From a virus (Duplodnaviria; Heunggongvirae; Uroviricota; Caudoviricetes), in IMG/VR virus record IMGVR_UViG_3300049049_000146, positions 227,216 to 291,215 of that record: 64,000 nucleotides of DNA, one strand, 5' to 3'. A model generated the notes under the pieces. The model was not told the origin of the DNA. It searched no databases and saw nothing but the letters and a program-made list of their open reading frames with translations. How positions within the stretch are numbered: position 1 is the first letter of the stretch; each line of letters opens with the position of its first letter. Below are positions 42,276 through 51,026 of this stretch, piece after piece. Position numbers and translations under genes: made by a program.

Positions 42276-44189
42276 TCAAACCGGGTCCAAGTCGCCACGA
42301 ACTAGGGCAGTGGTGCTCGTGAGGATTGTAATCACAATAGTTGAATACTGCTGGGCGGAGTGCGGGTTGAACGCAGCAGGGTACGCCAACGTCATGCCGC
42401 CACCAGCAGCCACCTGTAGCTGACCAGAACCCATCTGAACGCACTCCACGGTTACACCCGGCTGCAGGCCAGTGTTGACGGTAATCGTCACGGTGGAGTT
42501 CGACGTAAACTGAATCAGTGTCCCGTGGTCGCTGTTAGCGATCACACGGGATGTGCCTGCATCAATAGGCGCGACCGAGAAGACCGGGTCGGTACCGCCT
42601 GGAGCATGCGTGGATGCATGGGCTACGAGAGCGTGAACGTGGTCAATACGCGCAAGCTCACTTATGACGCCTGGATCGTTGGCAAAACCAATAGGCTCTG
42701 GGTTCGTCGCGCCTCCGGTAATCTGCCAAATTGAACCAGCGCCCTCAGACGTACCCTGACGGTAGTAGAGATCAGGGCCGGAACCGTCATCAAGCAGCGC
42801 GTAAATTACGCCCTGCTCAGCACCAAGGCTCGAAGGAGCAGGGCTGATGCTATAGAGACGGAGTAACGAACCGGCCGATCCATCCACGGAGAAATTGCCG
42901 ACGCGAACTTCTTCGTGTGCCCAGAACATTCCACGGTGCGTCCACGTAACGCTCGTCAGACCCGACTCAATCGAGTCGGCCTCCACCGTCGTACCGAGGT
43001 AAATACTCCCGTTACTGTTGGCGTTGCCGGGCACAAGGAAGATGCTGCCGCCAACTCCTCCGTCACCCCCTCCATCACCACCAATTAGCGAGACATCACC
43101 GCCCGGAGCGCTACCACTGGCTGCGCCGCTGAATCCCGCGCTACCTCCAGTGAGAGTAACGGAGCCGCCCGCGCCACGAGAACCGTCCCCATCAAACGGG
43201 GAGCCTCCGATACCACCAGTGATCGAAACCTCACCGCCGTCACCACCAGCGAGTGCCGTATCTCCACCTGAGCCGCCAGTACCGCCCTGAATAAAGACGA
43301 TACCGCCTGCTTGTCCAGGTCCGACCATACCCATGCCGCCGTTGCCAGCACCCAGAGTAAGATCGTCGCCAAGGTCTTCGAAACCAGCACCGTAAGGCGA
43401 GATGGTAATAGAACCATCACTACGGATCTGGTCTTTTCCGATCTCCAGCGTCTGGGACGCGAGCGTGTCGGTCACCAATACAGCAATACCCTGACCAGCA
43501 AACGTCTGAACGAACTTCGCGGCAACACCACCGCCAGAACCAGCGTTCTGTTCAACGAGCAGAACAGCGTTTCCCCCGCCGAGGTCAGTGCCTGAATTCG
43601 TCAGGCGGAGCGCGTACGTCTCGCCTGTACCGATAGGGCGCGTGATTTGGATGCCACCATCGGCATTTAACGTGATGTCGGGACCGGCATCGTATGCATT
43701 CTGAAGGGAGCCGCCTCCGCCCGCTCCTACAGCAGTCCAGTCAGCGTCACCGCCTACACCCTTAATCCAAAGGGTACCGCCCACGTCAATGAGCAGCGAG
43801 CCGGGAGTAGCGGGTACACCTGTGATGTCTGGATTCGCAGTTCCCGTGCCTACGATAATCTGAACAGAACCGTCCGGTCCGAACGCAGGAACGCCAGGAG
43901 GCTCCAGGTTCAGCATCGTGGCGTAGCTGTAATCAGTGTCGTTAGAATTCCACGTACGACTGAGATTCAGCTGGCCGTTCGCTTGGATAGCCAGACGAGT
44001 ATTGTCGTCGCCATCCTGTACCTCAAAAACTGAGGTGGGGCCATCCTGAGGCTCAAGCGGAATGATCTGGAAAGCAGAATTATTCGACGTCTTGATGACG
44101 TTGATTAGCAGAGCGTCTACCGCAGGGTCAGCCTGCCGCGGCGTCTTCTGCGTAGGGACGCTGTACCCTAGGAACTTTAGGTCGGCCAT
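42276..44189 (-). CDS. Glycine-rich fibre protein, 637 aa
   Basis: SLQNAYDAG, repeated GG.V.I.GG.G units, ARIDHVH and HASTHAPGGTDP His motifs, C-terminal ALVRGDL. Confidence 0.7.
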   Translation of the reverse strand: MADLKFLGYSVPTQKTPRQADPAVDALLINVIKTSNNSAFQIIPLEPQDGPTSVFEVQDGDDNTRLAIQANGQLNLSRTWNSNDTDYSYATMLNLEPPGVPAFGPDGSVQIIVGTGTANPDITGVPATPGSLLIDVGGTLWIKGVGGDADWTAVGAGGGGSLQNAYDAGPDITLNADGGIQITRPIGTGETYALRLTNSGTDLGGGNAVLLVEQNAGSGGGVAAKFVQTFAGQGIAVLVTDTLASQTLEIGKDQIRSDGSITISPYGAGFEDLGDDLTLGAGNGGMGMVGPGQAGGIVFIQGGTGGSGGDTALAGGDGGEVSITGGIGGSPFDGDGSRGAGGSVTLTGGSAGFSGAASGSAPGGDVSLIGGDGGGDGGVGGSIFLVPGNANSNGSIYLGTTVEADSIESGLTSVTWTHRGMFWAHEEVRVGNFSVDGSAGSLLRLYSISPAPSSLGAEQGVIYALLDDGSGPDLYYRQGTSEGAGSIWQITGGATNPEPIGFANDPGVISELARIDHVHALVAHASTHAPGGTDPVFSVAPIDAGTSRVIANSDHGTLIQFTSNSTVTITVNTGLQPGVTVECVQMGSGQLQVAAGGGMTLAYPAAFNPHSAQQYSTIVITILTSTTALVRGDLDPV

Positions 44190-44197
44190 GCTCGAAA

Positions 44198-44243
44198 CCG
44201 GAGGTGAAAGCCTACCCTTAGGTAAGCTTCAAATGCACCTCGG
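44198..44243 (-). promoter_or_regulatory. Long intergenic stem-loop
   Basis: CCGAGGTG...AAGCTTACC-TAAG-GGTAGGCTT.CACCTCCGG-TTT fills the gap before the fibre gene ATG. Confidence 0.5.
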
Positions 44244-44636
44244 CTAATTTGCGAGCCCGACCACCACAGCAGCACCAACAACACCAAGAATCAAGCCCAG
44301 CGTGAGCATGATGATGTTGCCATTCTGCTCCCACCATGACGTGGTCGACAGCTGAAGAATGCGGGACTCCTGCTCATTGATGTGCTGCTCGTAGAGCGTC
44401 GTCGATTGCTGAAGTACGCGCTGCGCGACCGCCAACTCAACGGTCAGGCGGTCAACAGCAGCCGCGTCTTCAATGCACTGCTCAGCTGCGTCAGCGTCAA
44501 TGAGAAGACCAGAAAACGGAGCGGGGCGCCCTTCAAGGAGGGTCACGCCGTAGTTTGGTCGCCTCTCCTGAGCGAGAACAGACGAAGGGATGGAAAGGAT
44601 TAGGCAGAGAACAAACGAAATCAGACGGTAAGTCAC
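44244..44636 (-). CDS. Exported coiled-coil protein with C-terminal TM (spanin-like candidate), 130 aa
   Basis: GTG at 44636 after GAGG; signal peptide ending VLA-Q, EGRPAPFSGLLI, coiled coil, C-terminal TM helix. Confidence 0.5.
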   Translation of the reverse strand: MTYRLISFVLCLILSIPSSVLAQERRPNYGVTLLEGRPAPFSGLLIDADAAEQCIEDAAAVDRLTVELAVAQRVLQQSTTLYEQHINEQESRILQLSTTSWWEQNGNIIMLTLGLILGVVGAAVVVGLAN

Positions 44637-44637
44637 G

Positions 44638-45000
44638 TTACGCCTCGCTATACGAATTCGGGTTCCACCAGTCAGGCTTCGCAATACCGATATCCTGCTT
44701 CCGCGGACCCTTACGACGCTCCTTCACAGGAAGCGCACCTACAGGCATCCCGTGGAAAGCCCCTTCGACGTCGTCGTCATCTTCGCCGACGTCATCGTCA
44801 TCCTCGTCATCACCATCATCCGCGTCATCCTGTGATTTCTCCTTATCAAGACCGTCCTCAAGGAGCTTAGCAGTGTCGGTCTTGTCGGCAGCAAGCAGTT
44901 CTTTTCCAAGACTGAAGAGGCGAGCAGACGCAGGGGCGTTGCCCGCCTTCAGCTGAAATGCTGCAGCACGGATAAGTCGGCGTGCGAGAACAATGTTCAT
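44638..45000 (-). CDS. Hypothetical acidic protein, 120 aa
   Basis: ATG at 45000 right after the upstream stop, GGAG SD; LARRLIRAAA helix plus poly-D tract. Confidence 0.65.
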   Translation of the reverse strand: MNIVLARRLIRAAAFQLKAGNAPASARLFSLGKELLAADKTDTAKLLEDGLDKEKSQDDADDGDDEDDDDVGEDDDDVEGAFHGMPVGALPVKERRKGPRKQDIGIAKPDWWNPNSYSEA

Positions 45001-45001
45001 C

Positions 45002-45400
45002 TCAGTCTCCGCCTGGAAGCTGCAAATCGATGCCGCGCTTCTTCGCTTCAGAGCGCAGAAGTACCCACGCAAACAGCGAGATCACGCCAGCGCCAGCGAA
45101 ATAGGCGACGCTCGCAATGAGCGGCCACGCAGGATCCATCTGCTCTGGGTTCTGCCAGAGCAGACCAACAAGGCCACCAGCAAGAATTGGGTGAACGGGG
45201 AGCGATTCGCGACCCCACCACCAAAACCACTGCGCATCCCAGAACTTGTACCAAGGGCCTGGGCGCTTCTTGTACGCACGAGCCTTCGTGAATACACGAG
45301 TGCTCATGAACTGACCGACCACCATGAAAATGATGGTGATCATGCCAAACGGCCAGTGAGGGAGGATGTTAGCTACGAAAAAATCCCAAGTCTCTTGCAT
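45002..45400 (-). CDS. Three-TM membrane protein (holin candidate), 132 aa
   Basis: Three hydrophobic segments, basic loop and charged C-terminus. Confidence 0.5.
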   Translation of the reverse strand: MQETWDFFVANILPHWPFGMITIIFMVVGQFMSTRVFTKARAYKKRPGPWYKFWDAQWFWWWGRESLPVHPILAGGLVGLLWQNPEQMDPAWPLIASVAYFAGAGVISLFAWVLLRSEAKKRGIDLQLPGGD

Positions 45401-45402
45401 GA

Positions 45403-45660
45403 CTACACCGTCCAGCTTGTGCTGACAGTAAATACATAACGTCGTAAGCCACTGCTCAGAATTGAGTAAGAATCAAGCGCACACGTCAGAGAAGCGAGGG
45501 GAGGAGCGCCCATGTCCGCGAGGATTCTTGCGGACAAGTTGTCATCAAGATACGTACATGGGTCCAGGTAGGTATCGTAGGTTTCAACGACAACAGACGC
45601 AGATCGCGTGAACGTAGTCTGCGTGACCGTGGTGGTCAGGGTGGCGCGAGAGGCAGGCAT
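45403..45660 (-). CDS. Hypothetical protein, 85 aa
   Basis: TAATG coupling, GGAGG SD. Confidence 0.6.
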   Translation of the reverse strand: MPASRATLTTTVTQTTFTRSASVVVETYDTYLDPCTYLDDNLSARILADMGAPPLASLTCALDSYSILSSGLRRYVFTVSTSWTV

Positions 45661-47225
45661 TAGCCCTCCTGGCGTCCAACGATGACGATTTCCTTGATGG
45701 CCTTCTCAGCGATAACGTCGGCAAGGTCAGGATTGACTTTCAACCGGAACTGGAAGAACGTCGAAGCTGAAACGGAATCCGTCTGGCTAAGAATCTGCCA
45801 AGCGCCGGTTGACGACGTGCGGTACTCGACCTGAATCTTGTCTGTAGCCAGGTCTCCCTTCACGAGATATCCGTGGAGAGAAACGGGAATGGCATAAGTT
45901 GCGCTGTTGAACGTGATTACGTTCTCACCCTCGTAGATGTTCTCACCTACGCGGACGATGCGGTTGTTGGTTGAGTCGGCGAACAACGCGAAGTTGATCA
46001 GCACACCATCAACGCTAAGAACGTCAGCGGCAACAGCACCAACAGCGCCGGTCACAGGAGAGAAGCTGCCACTGTTAGGATTCGCTGCATTTTCATCCTG
46101 AGAATACGATCCGAACGTGTAGAGATGCTTCATCGTGACGAGGTCAAATACCTCTACGCCGGGGCTGTTCGTCAGATACAGGCGGCGACGACCAACATCA
46201 ACATGGATCTTCTGAGCAGAACGTGTCGCAAAAGAACGACCACGGAATTCTACGTAACCGACAAGGTAGTTGTCCGAGGTCAAACCAGTCACGGAAATCG
46301 CGCCAATCTCATAAGGACGGGCGGTATTCGTCGAGTCATAACTCAGCACCCACAAAGCACCCAGAGTAGAATCGAATGCAAGGCCCTGAGGGAGGGCTAC
46401 GCTCATCTGGTGAAGATCCGTACCCTGATTTACGACGATATACGAACCAAACACAGGGGTCGCTACGGTCGTAACGTTGAAGGAGCAGACGAATCCCTGG
46501 CCAGTTCCACCGGCCGATGCGGCAATTCCCTGCGCGCACGAAATGTACAAAGTGTTTGTCGCAGGATCGAACGCAAGGTCGGTTGGCGTGTTGAGCAGAG
46601 GCGTACCAACAGCGTCAGGCAACCCGGCGCTGCCTGGGGTGCCGATCGTCGACACAAGAGCGAACGTAGAAGCGTTGTAGATGCGGACCATGTGGTCCGT
46701 GCTAGCAACAGCTACGTACTCAGTTGCAGTCACTCGGAAAGTAATCGCTGACGATGCTGCGCCATAGCCAGATCCCGTAGTGATGGCATTACCTGGAACG
46801 GCGCCAATGATATGGCCGTACTCGTTCAAGTAGAACACACCGCGGTCTGCGTCAGTCACGTAGTAGCGACGACCGTCTGAAAGAGTGCCGTATGGAACAC
46901 TGGTCTGAGTGCCCGCTGCATCATCGGAGCGCTGCCAGATCTTCACCACGTTAGCAACATTCGCTTCCAGGAAACCCTGAACGATCTTGTCAGAGCCCTT
47001 GGGATCGAATCGAAGCTCACGCCGATTGCTGTCGCTGACAAGCAGTCCTGTGGAAGAAGCCACGGCAGTGGAGTCGAGGCGAATGTTCAGATCGGGCGTA
47101 AGTGCGCCAATCACATTGCTAAGGGCCGTCGCGTACGAGGTGTTCTGCAACACCGCGTTCTTCGACACGACTGCCTGGTCAGCGAGGATGATCTGAAGGA
47201 ACTGCTTTAGTTGAGAAAATAGCAT
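45660..47225 (-). CDS. Beta-propeller (NHL/YVTN-like) virion protein, 521 aa
   Basis: Repeats LNTPTDLAFDP..NTLYIS, LPQGLAFDS..ALWV, IHVDVGRRRLYLT, ADSTNNRIV. Confidence 0.65.
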   Translation of the reverse strand: MLFSQLKQFLQIILADQAVVSKNAVLQNTSYATALSNVIGALTPDLNIRLDSTAVASSTGLLVSDSNRRELRFDPKGSDKIVQGFLEANVANVVKIWQRSDDAAGTQTSVPYGTLSDGRRYYVTDADRGVFYLNEYGHIIGAVPGNAITTGSGYGAASSAITFRVTATEYVAVASTDHMVRIYNASTFALVSTIGTPGSAGLPDAVGTPLLNTPTDLAFDPATNTLYISCAQGIAASAGGTGQGFVCSFNVTTVATPVFGSYIVVNQGTDLHQMSVALPQGLAFDSTLGALWVLSYDSTNTARPYEIGAISVTGLTSDNYLVGYVEFRGRSFATRSAQKIHVDVGRRRLYLTNSPGVEVFDLVTMKHLYTFGSYSQDENAANPNSGSFSPVTGAVGAVAADVLSVDGVLINFALFADSTNNRIVRVGENIYEGENVITFNSATYAIPVSLHGYLVKGDLATDKIQVEYRTSSTGAWQILSQTDSVSASTFFQFRLKVNPDLADVIAEKAIKEIVIVGRQEG

Positions 47226-47237
47226 GGCTTCCCCTTC

Positions 47238-47810
47238 TCACAGAGCGACTACGATGCGATAAGATACCACGTCTCGGTCAGTCTTTACTTGAAGAGGACG
47301 GTGAGCCAGTGCGAAAAGGAATTGGGTTCCAACCTCTGAGACGAAAGGGGAACTCAGAATGGTGGCGACCAAAGCCACCTCGCCGATGCCTGCCTCAAGG
47401 TCTGTGCGGCCGACGCGAGCAACGAAACTCTTAGCAGTGCCATCCAGCGTAGCGGTTTCGACGAGGTCAATCGTATCGCGGTAGATCTCTGACTCCAAAG
47501 CAGACGCATTTGGGTCGACAGCAGTGGCAACGAGTGGGTTTGAAGGATCGTAACCGCTGGAACCCAGCGCGTAATGCGTGATACGGAACGACGTCCCATC
47601 GATCAACGACCGCGCCATCAGTTCGCGAGCGGCCAACGTAACGGTGGCAACAACAGTCGAAACCGAGCCGGAAGAAGTTGTGGTCCCACTGAGTGAGAGG
47701 CCGATACATCCTGCTTCTGGCGGCCAGTGAGCGACGAATGACGCGTCAAGGGAAGCGCCCCCTCCTACGAAAGGACCCGAGACAGCAAAGTCTGAGGAGA
47801 AGCTCGTCAT
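47238..47810 (-). CDS. Tail-collar/fibre attachment-like protein, 190 aa
   Basis: TVTLAARELMARSLIDGTSFRITHYALGSSG...IGEVAL...FLFALA; paralogue of 59364..59840. Confidence 0.6.
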   Translation of the reverse strand: MTSFSSDFAVSGPFVGGGASLDASFVAHWPPEAGCIGLSLSGTTTSSGSVSTVVATVTLAARELMARSLIDGTSFRITHYALGSSGYDPSNPLVATAVDPNASALESEIYRDTIDLVETATLDGTAKSFVARVGRTDLEAGIGEVALVATILSSPFVSEVGTQFLFALAHRPLQVKTDRDVVSYRIVVAL

Positions 47811-48211
47811 AGAGTCACGTCACCGGGGTCGAAGTCGTCGTAAATCTCGTACACGACGTGTGTAATTGGACCACCAAACGCACACTCGGGGACGCCTGAT
47901 TCGTCCAGAATCGTGAGGAAGCACGACCAGAACACGTCGCTGAAGCGCCAAGGCTTCGGAATCCTAGATAACACGCTCGTCGTGACATATTCACGAACGG
48001 CGCTCTGGGAATCGAAGCGGGGAGGAGCCGAGATAATCAGCTTCGCAAGCTTCGCTGCCTCGGCATACTGCGCGGAGTCGCTCTTCTTCGCCGCATCACA
48101 CACGTGCTTAGCCCCAGAACGGACATCTTCATCCGCAGTCACATCGATATTGTGAGCAACTACGTGAAGCAAGTAATCGGGGTCAGCCAGCGCGTGCTTG
48201 TAGCGCGTCAT
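47807..48211 (-). CDS. Hypothetical protein, 134 aa
   Basis: ATG at 48211 in an ATGA overlap; the longer ORF-track start overlaps the upstream gene. Confidence 0.6.
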   Translation of the reverse strand: MTRYKHALADPDYLLHVVAHNIDVTADEDVRSGAKHVCDAAKKSDSAQYAEAAKLAKLIISAPPRFDSQSAVREYVTTSVLSRIPKPWRFSDVFWSCFLTILDESGVPECAFGGPITHVVYEIYDDFDPGDVTL

Positions 48212-49317
48212 GGAAGCGGGGCCTTGCCATTCCACACGGAACCAATGCCATTGCCGAGCACGTATGTTCCGTTGCTGTTGAGTGGTGTTCGATTGGCGAT
48301 GTTGTCGTTGAGAATGCGTACACCTGGAACGCGTCCACGCCACGCTTGGTCAGGCGTTCGATGAAACACGATGACATCGTAGTCATCCTGTTCGCCGGAC
48401 CGAGGATTTGTAGCAGCAGCGGCCACAGTCAGCATATCAACGCCGGTCGAAAGCAGACGCTTCTGAGCGAAGCGCAGAGCAATCACCGAATTAGAGGCGT
48501 TTAGGCCCTCACCCACACAGAAGTTATTCACTACCGTGGTGTTCCTGCTCAAATTATTGGCCACACCAGCAGCAGGACTTCCGAAAATCGCTGAATAGCT
48601 CAGGTCCTTCGAGACGCCAACCTCGGACGGTGAGTGGAATGGTGAGAGCGAACCAAGCCAGAGGGCATTTCGGTTCGAAGCGATACCACCCACGTCTTCT
48701 GACCAGATGTAGACGTAACCTGCAGTTGAATCAGCGACGCAGAACGTCTGAGCGAGCGTGGAATGAAGGTAGTGATTGGATGAGACCGGCAGCGTCCAAG
48801 AGCTACTGCCAACGCTCCACCCTCCTACGAAGCCAAGCTGCCAGTACAATGACGTGGAAACGCCATCAACAAAGCATCGTGCCTGCCACGCAAGACCTGA
48901 AGGGTTCTGGATTACGAAGAAATCACTGTTCGCTGGAGGCGTGGCTGTGTCGAAAATCCGGTATTGGACGTTCGTCGCACTGATGTTGAGCACAGCCGAA
49001 GAATCCAACGTCAACTGTGTCGACGTGGGTACGGCGGTGATACGAGCGATCGTGCAGTTTGATGGATTGGTCGCATCGCGAATCGCGATGTGCTTGTTGA
49101 TGAATGTTGCGTCGAAGACGCTAGCAGCGGCGTAGAATGCCTGAGGTGTTGCGTTGTTGATGATGCCGTTCGTGTTCGAGTAGAACACGGTGGACCATGC
49201 AGCGCCGCTGGCCTGAACCTCTGTGAAACCGTTGACGTAGGTCAACCAGTGGTACAGCATCTGTGCCTGTACCCGATAGTTCGTCGTCGCGAAGTTGTTG
49301 ACAATCCTGGTTACCAT
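48208..49317 (-). CDS. Virion structural protein, 369 aa
   Basis: Beta-rich; paralogue of 53271..54329. Confidence 0.65.
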   Translation of the reverse strand: MVTRIVNNFATTNYRVQAQMLYHWLTYVNGFTEVQASGAAWSTVFYSNTNGIINNATPQAFYAAASVFDATFINKHIAIRDATNPSNCTIARITAVPTSTQLTLDSSAVLNISATNVQYRIFDTATPPANSDFFVIQNPSGLAWQARCFVDGVSTSLYWQLGFVGGWSVGSSSWTLPVSSNHYLHSTLAQTFCVADSTAGYVYIWSEDVGGIASNRNALWLGSLSPFHSPSEVGVSKDLSYSAIFGSPAAGVANNLSRNTTVVNNFCVGEGLNASNSVIALRFAQKRLLSTGVDMLTVAAAATNPRSGEQDDYDVIVFHRTPDQAWRGRVPGVRILNDNIANRTPLNSNGTYVLGNGIGSVWNGKAPLP

Positions 49318-49325
49318 CGTGTCCC

Positions 49326-50333
49326 TCAGCCTAATTCGTCGCGAAGACCTTCAAGCTCATCCTCACCATGCTCGATCTTGGACTCGTAGTCCTTGATCTT
49401 CTTCTGCATCTCGCTGCGTTGCTTCCGGTTAAAAGATGCTGATTCGGTGATGATTTGGGTCAGCGTGACCGCCATGTACAGGAAGCCCTTGCACGCCACA
49501 TAAGTACCAGGCTGAAGGTCTTCTTTGGCGGCGGTCGCAGCACGCGACAAAGCCAAAGCTAGAGTCGTAACCGACGCTGCCGAACGACGAATCTGATTGA
49601 AAGTAGGCGTGTCCGCTCCGGCAAGAACGGCAGTAAGGTCATCCTTGTAATCCATCAGGACATTACGAGGACCTTCCATCGCGCCAACGTACTTTCGAAT
49701 CAGCTGCTGGAACTGTTGATCGTTCTTCGCACGGGCTGCTGGCTGCTTGTTTCGAAGCTTGCGCTGCGCGCCCTGCTGCGTCTGCTTTTGGTGATTGTCG
49801 ACGATACGGTCAATTCGAAGCTCACGCTCCAGCGCCTCCGTAGTCGCGGCCTGCTCGTCGTCCTCGAAGCCTTCGGCGTCGGCAGGGACGGACATGGCGT
49901 CGGAACGCTTCAACATCTCAGCAGACAGTACAGCAATCTGATTGAAAAGAATCTTGAACGTCTGCAGAGCTAAAAGAGAGCGCTGACGAAGCTTGTCTTC
50001 GGTACGCTGCTTCCCTTTGAAGAAGGGAACATATCGATAGAGCATCTTGACGAACTTCATCTTGTAGCGCTTGTTGACGTAGTCCGAAGGATAGTTGTCA
50101 CGGACCCATTTCTCAAGCTGCTCGTCTTCAGGAACAGCACTCTCCTGATAGCGACGAGCAAGCACGTCGTAACGACGCAAATTCGATTGAAGATCTCGAC
50201 GTGCGCTCTCGGCCGCCATCATCGCAGACGGCTCCATCGGTCCGGCCACAGAGACCAGACGAAGGAGGGTACCATTCAAAGCGGTCCCCAGCTGCCGCGC
50301 TACGTTGATGTCAACCACGACAGCCTCACGCAA
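49326..50333 (-). CDS. Helical hypothetical protein, 335 aa
   Basis: In operon; coiled-coil composition. Confidence 0.65.
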   Translation of the reverse strand: MREAVVVDINVARQLGTALNGTLLRLVSVAGPMEPSAMMAAESARRDLQSNLRRYDVLARRYQESAVPEDEQLEKWVRDNYPSDYVNKRYKMKFVKMLYRYVPFFKGKQRTEDKLRQRSLLALQTFKILFNQIAVLSAEMLKRSDAMSVPADAEGFEDDEQAATTEALERELRIDRIVDNHQKQTQQGAQRKLRNKQPAARAKNDQQFQQLIRKYVGAMEGPRNVLMDYKDDLTAVLAGADTPTFNQIRRSAASVTTLALALSRAATAAKEDLQPGTYVACKGFLYMAVTLTQIITESASFNRKQRSEMQKKIKDYESKIEHGEDELEGLRDELG

Positions 50334-50742
50334 TCTTCCAACGGCGTACCACAGGAACGGGCGCTACCGCAGGCTGAAAGTTGCGCTTTTCCTGCTCAAG
50401 GATCTCAAACGCACGAGTCAAAGCAGCAGAAACAGTGGTCTCTGCGCTGGGCTCGGGAATACAAAAGCGAGAAGTATCGTCAGGATCAGCAGGAGGATCG
50501 ACACGAATCGTGACTTCCTCAACGACTGGAGTCGTCATCATATGAAATCCAGTCGCTGGAGTCAGGTCGGCAAACGCTTCCTGCGCGGCCTTGAAGCTCT
50601 TGTGGCTATCACGAGAGATTCTACGCACCTTTCGCAGTGTATCGTTAATCTTTCGTACCTGCTGCTGGGCTAGCTCCCTGTTCTCCTGCTCAAGATCCCG
50701 AGCATCTGCAACATCGCGCTTTCTCATTTGCGTATACTCCAA
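50326..50742 (-). CDS. Hypothetical protein, 138 aa
   Basis: Overlaps the upstream small membrane gene; coiled-coil N-terminus. Confidence 0.55.
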   Translation of the reverse strand: MEYTQMRKRDVADARDLEQENRELAQQQVRKINDTLRKVRRISRDSHKSFKAAQEAFADLTPATGFHMMTTPVVEEVTIRVDPPADPDDTSRFCIPEPSAETTVSAALTRAFEILEQEKRNFQPAVAPVPVVRRWKIA

Positions 50743-51020
50743 AGCCTTTCGGCTAGTTCATGAAGTTGCTCAACTGCCGTAACAGAACTCTCACCGTGGG
50801 CCTGAAGAATGCCGTTGATTTCCTTTTCGCGTTCCGTCTGAGCCTTACGGATATCATCGAGCGTGCGTGCGTGAGTCTCAAGCAGCGACTGAATCTTTGC
50901 ATTCAGTTCGTTTACGTCCTTCTTCGCTTGCTCTTTTTCCGCAAGGTACATCTTCAAGACGACCGCAGAAATTACACCTAACGGCCCATACGTCAGTAAT
51001 GCCGTGATAAGCTCAGCCAT
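50724..51020 (-). CDS. Single-TM plus coiled-coil protein (BhlA/UviB holin-like), 98 aa
   Basis: LLTYGPLGVISAVVLKMYL followed by EKE coiled coil ending REKE; GAGG SD. Confidence 0.5.
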   Translation of the reverse strand: MAELITALLTYGPLGVISAVVLKMYLAEKEQAKKDVNELNAKIQSLLETHARTLDDIRKAQTEREKEINGILQAHGESSVTAVEQLHELAERLWSIRK

Positions 51021-51026
51021 AAGTCC

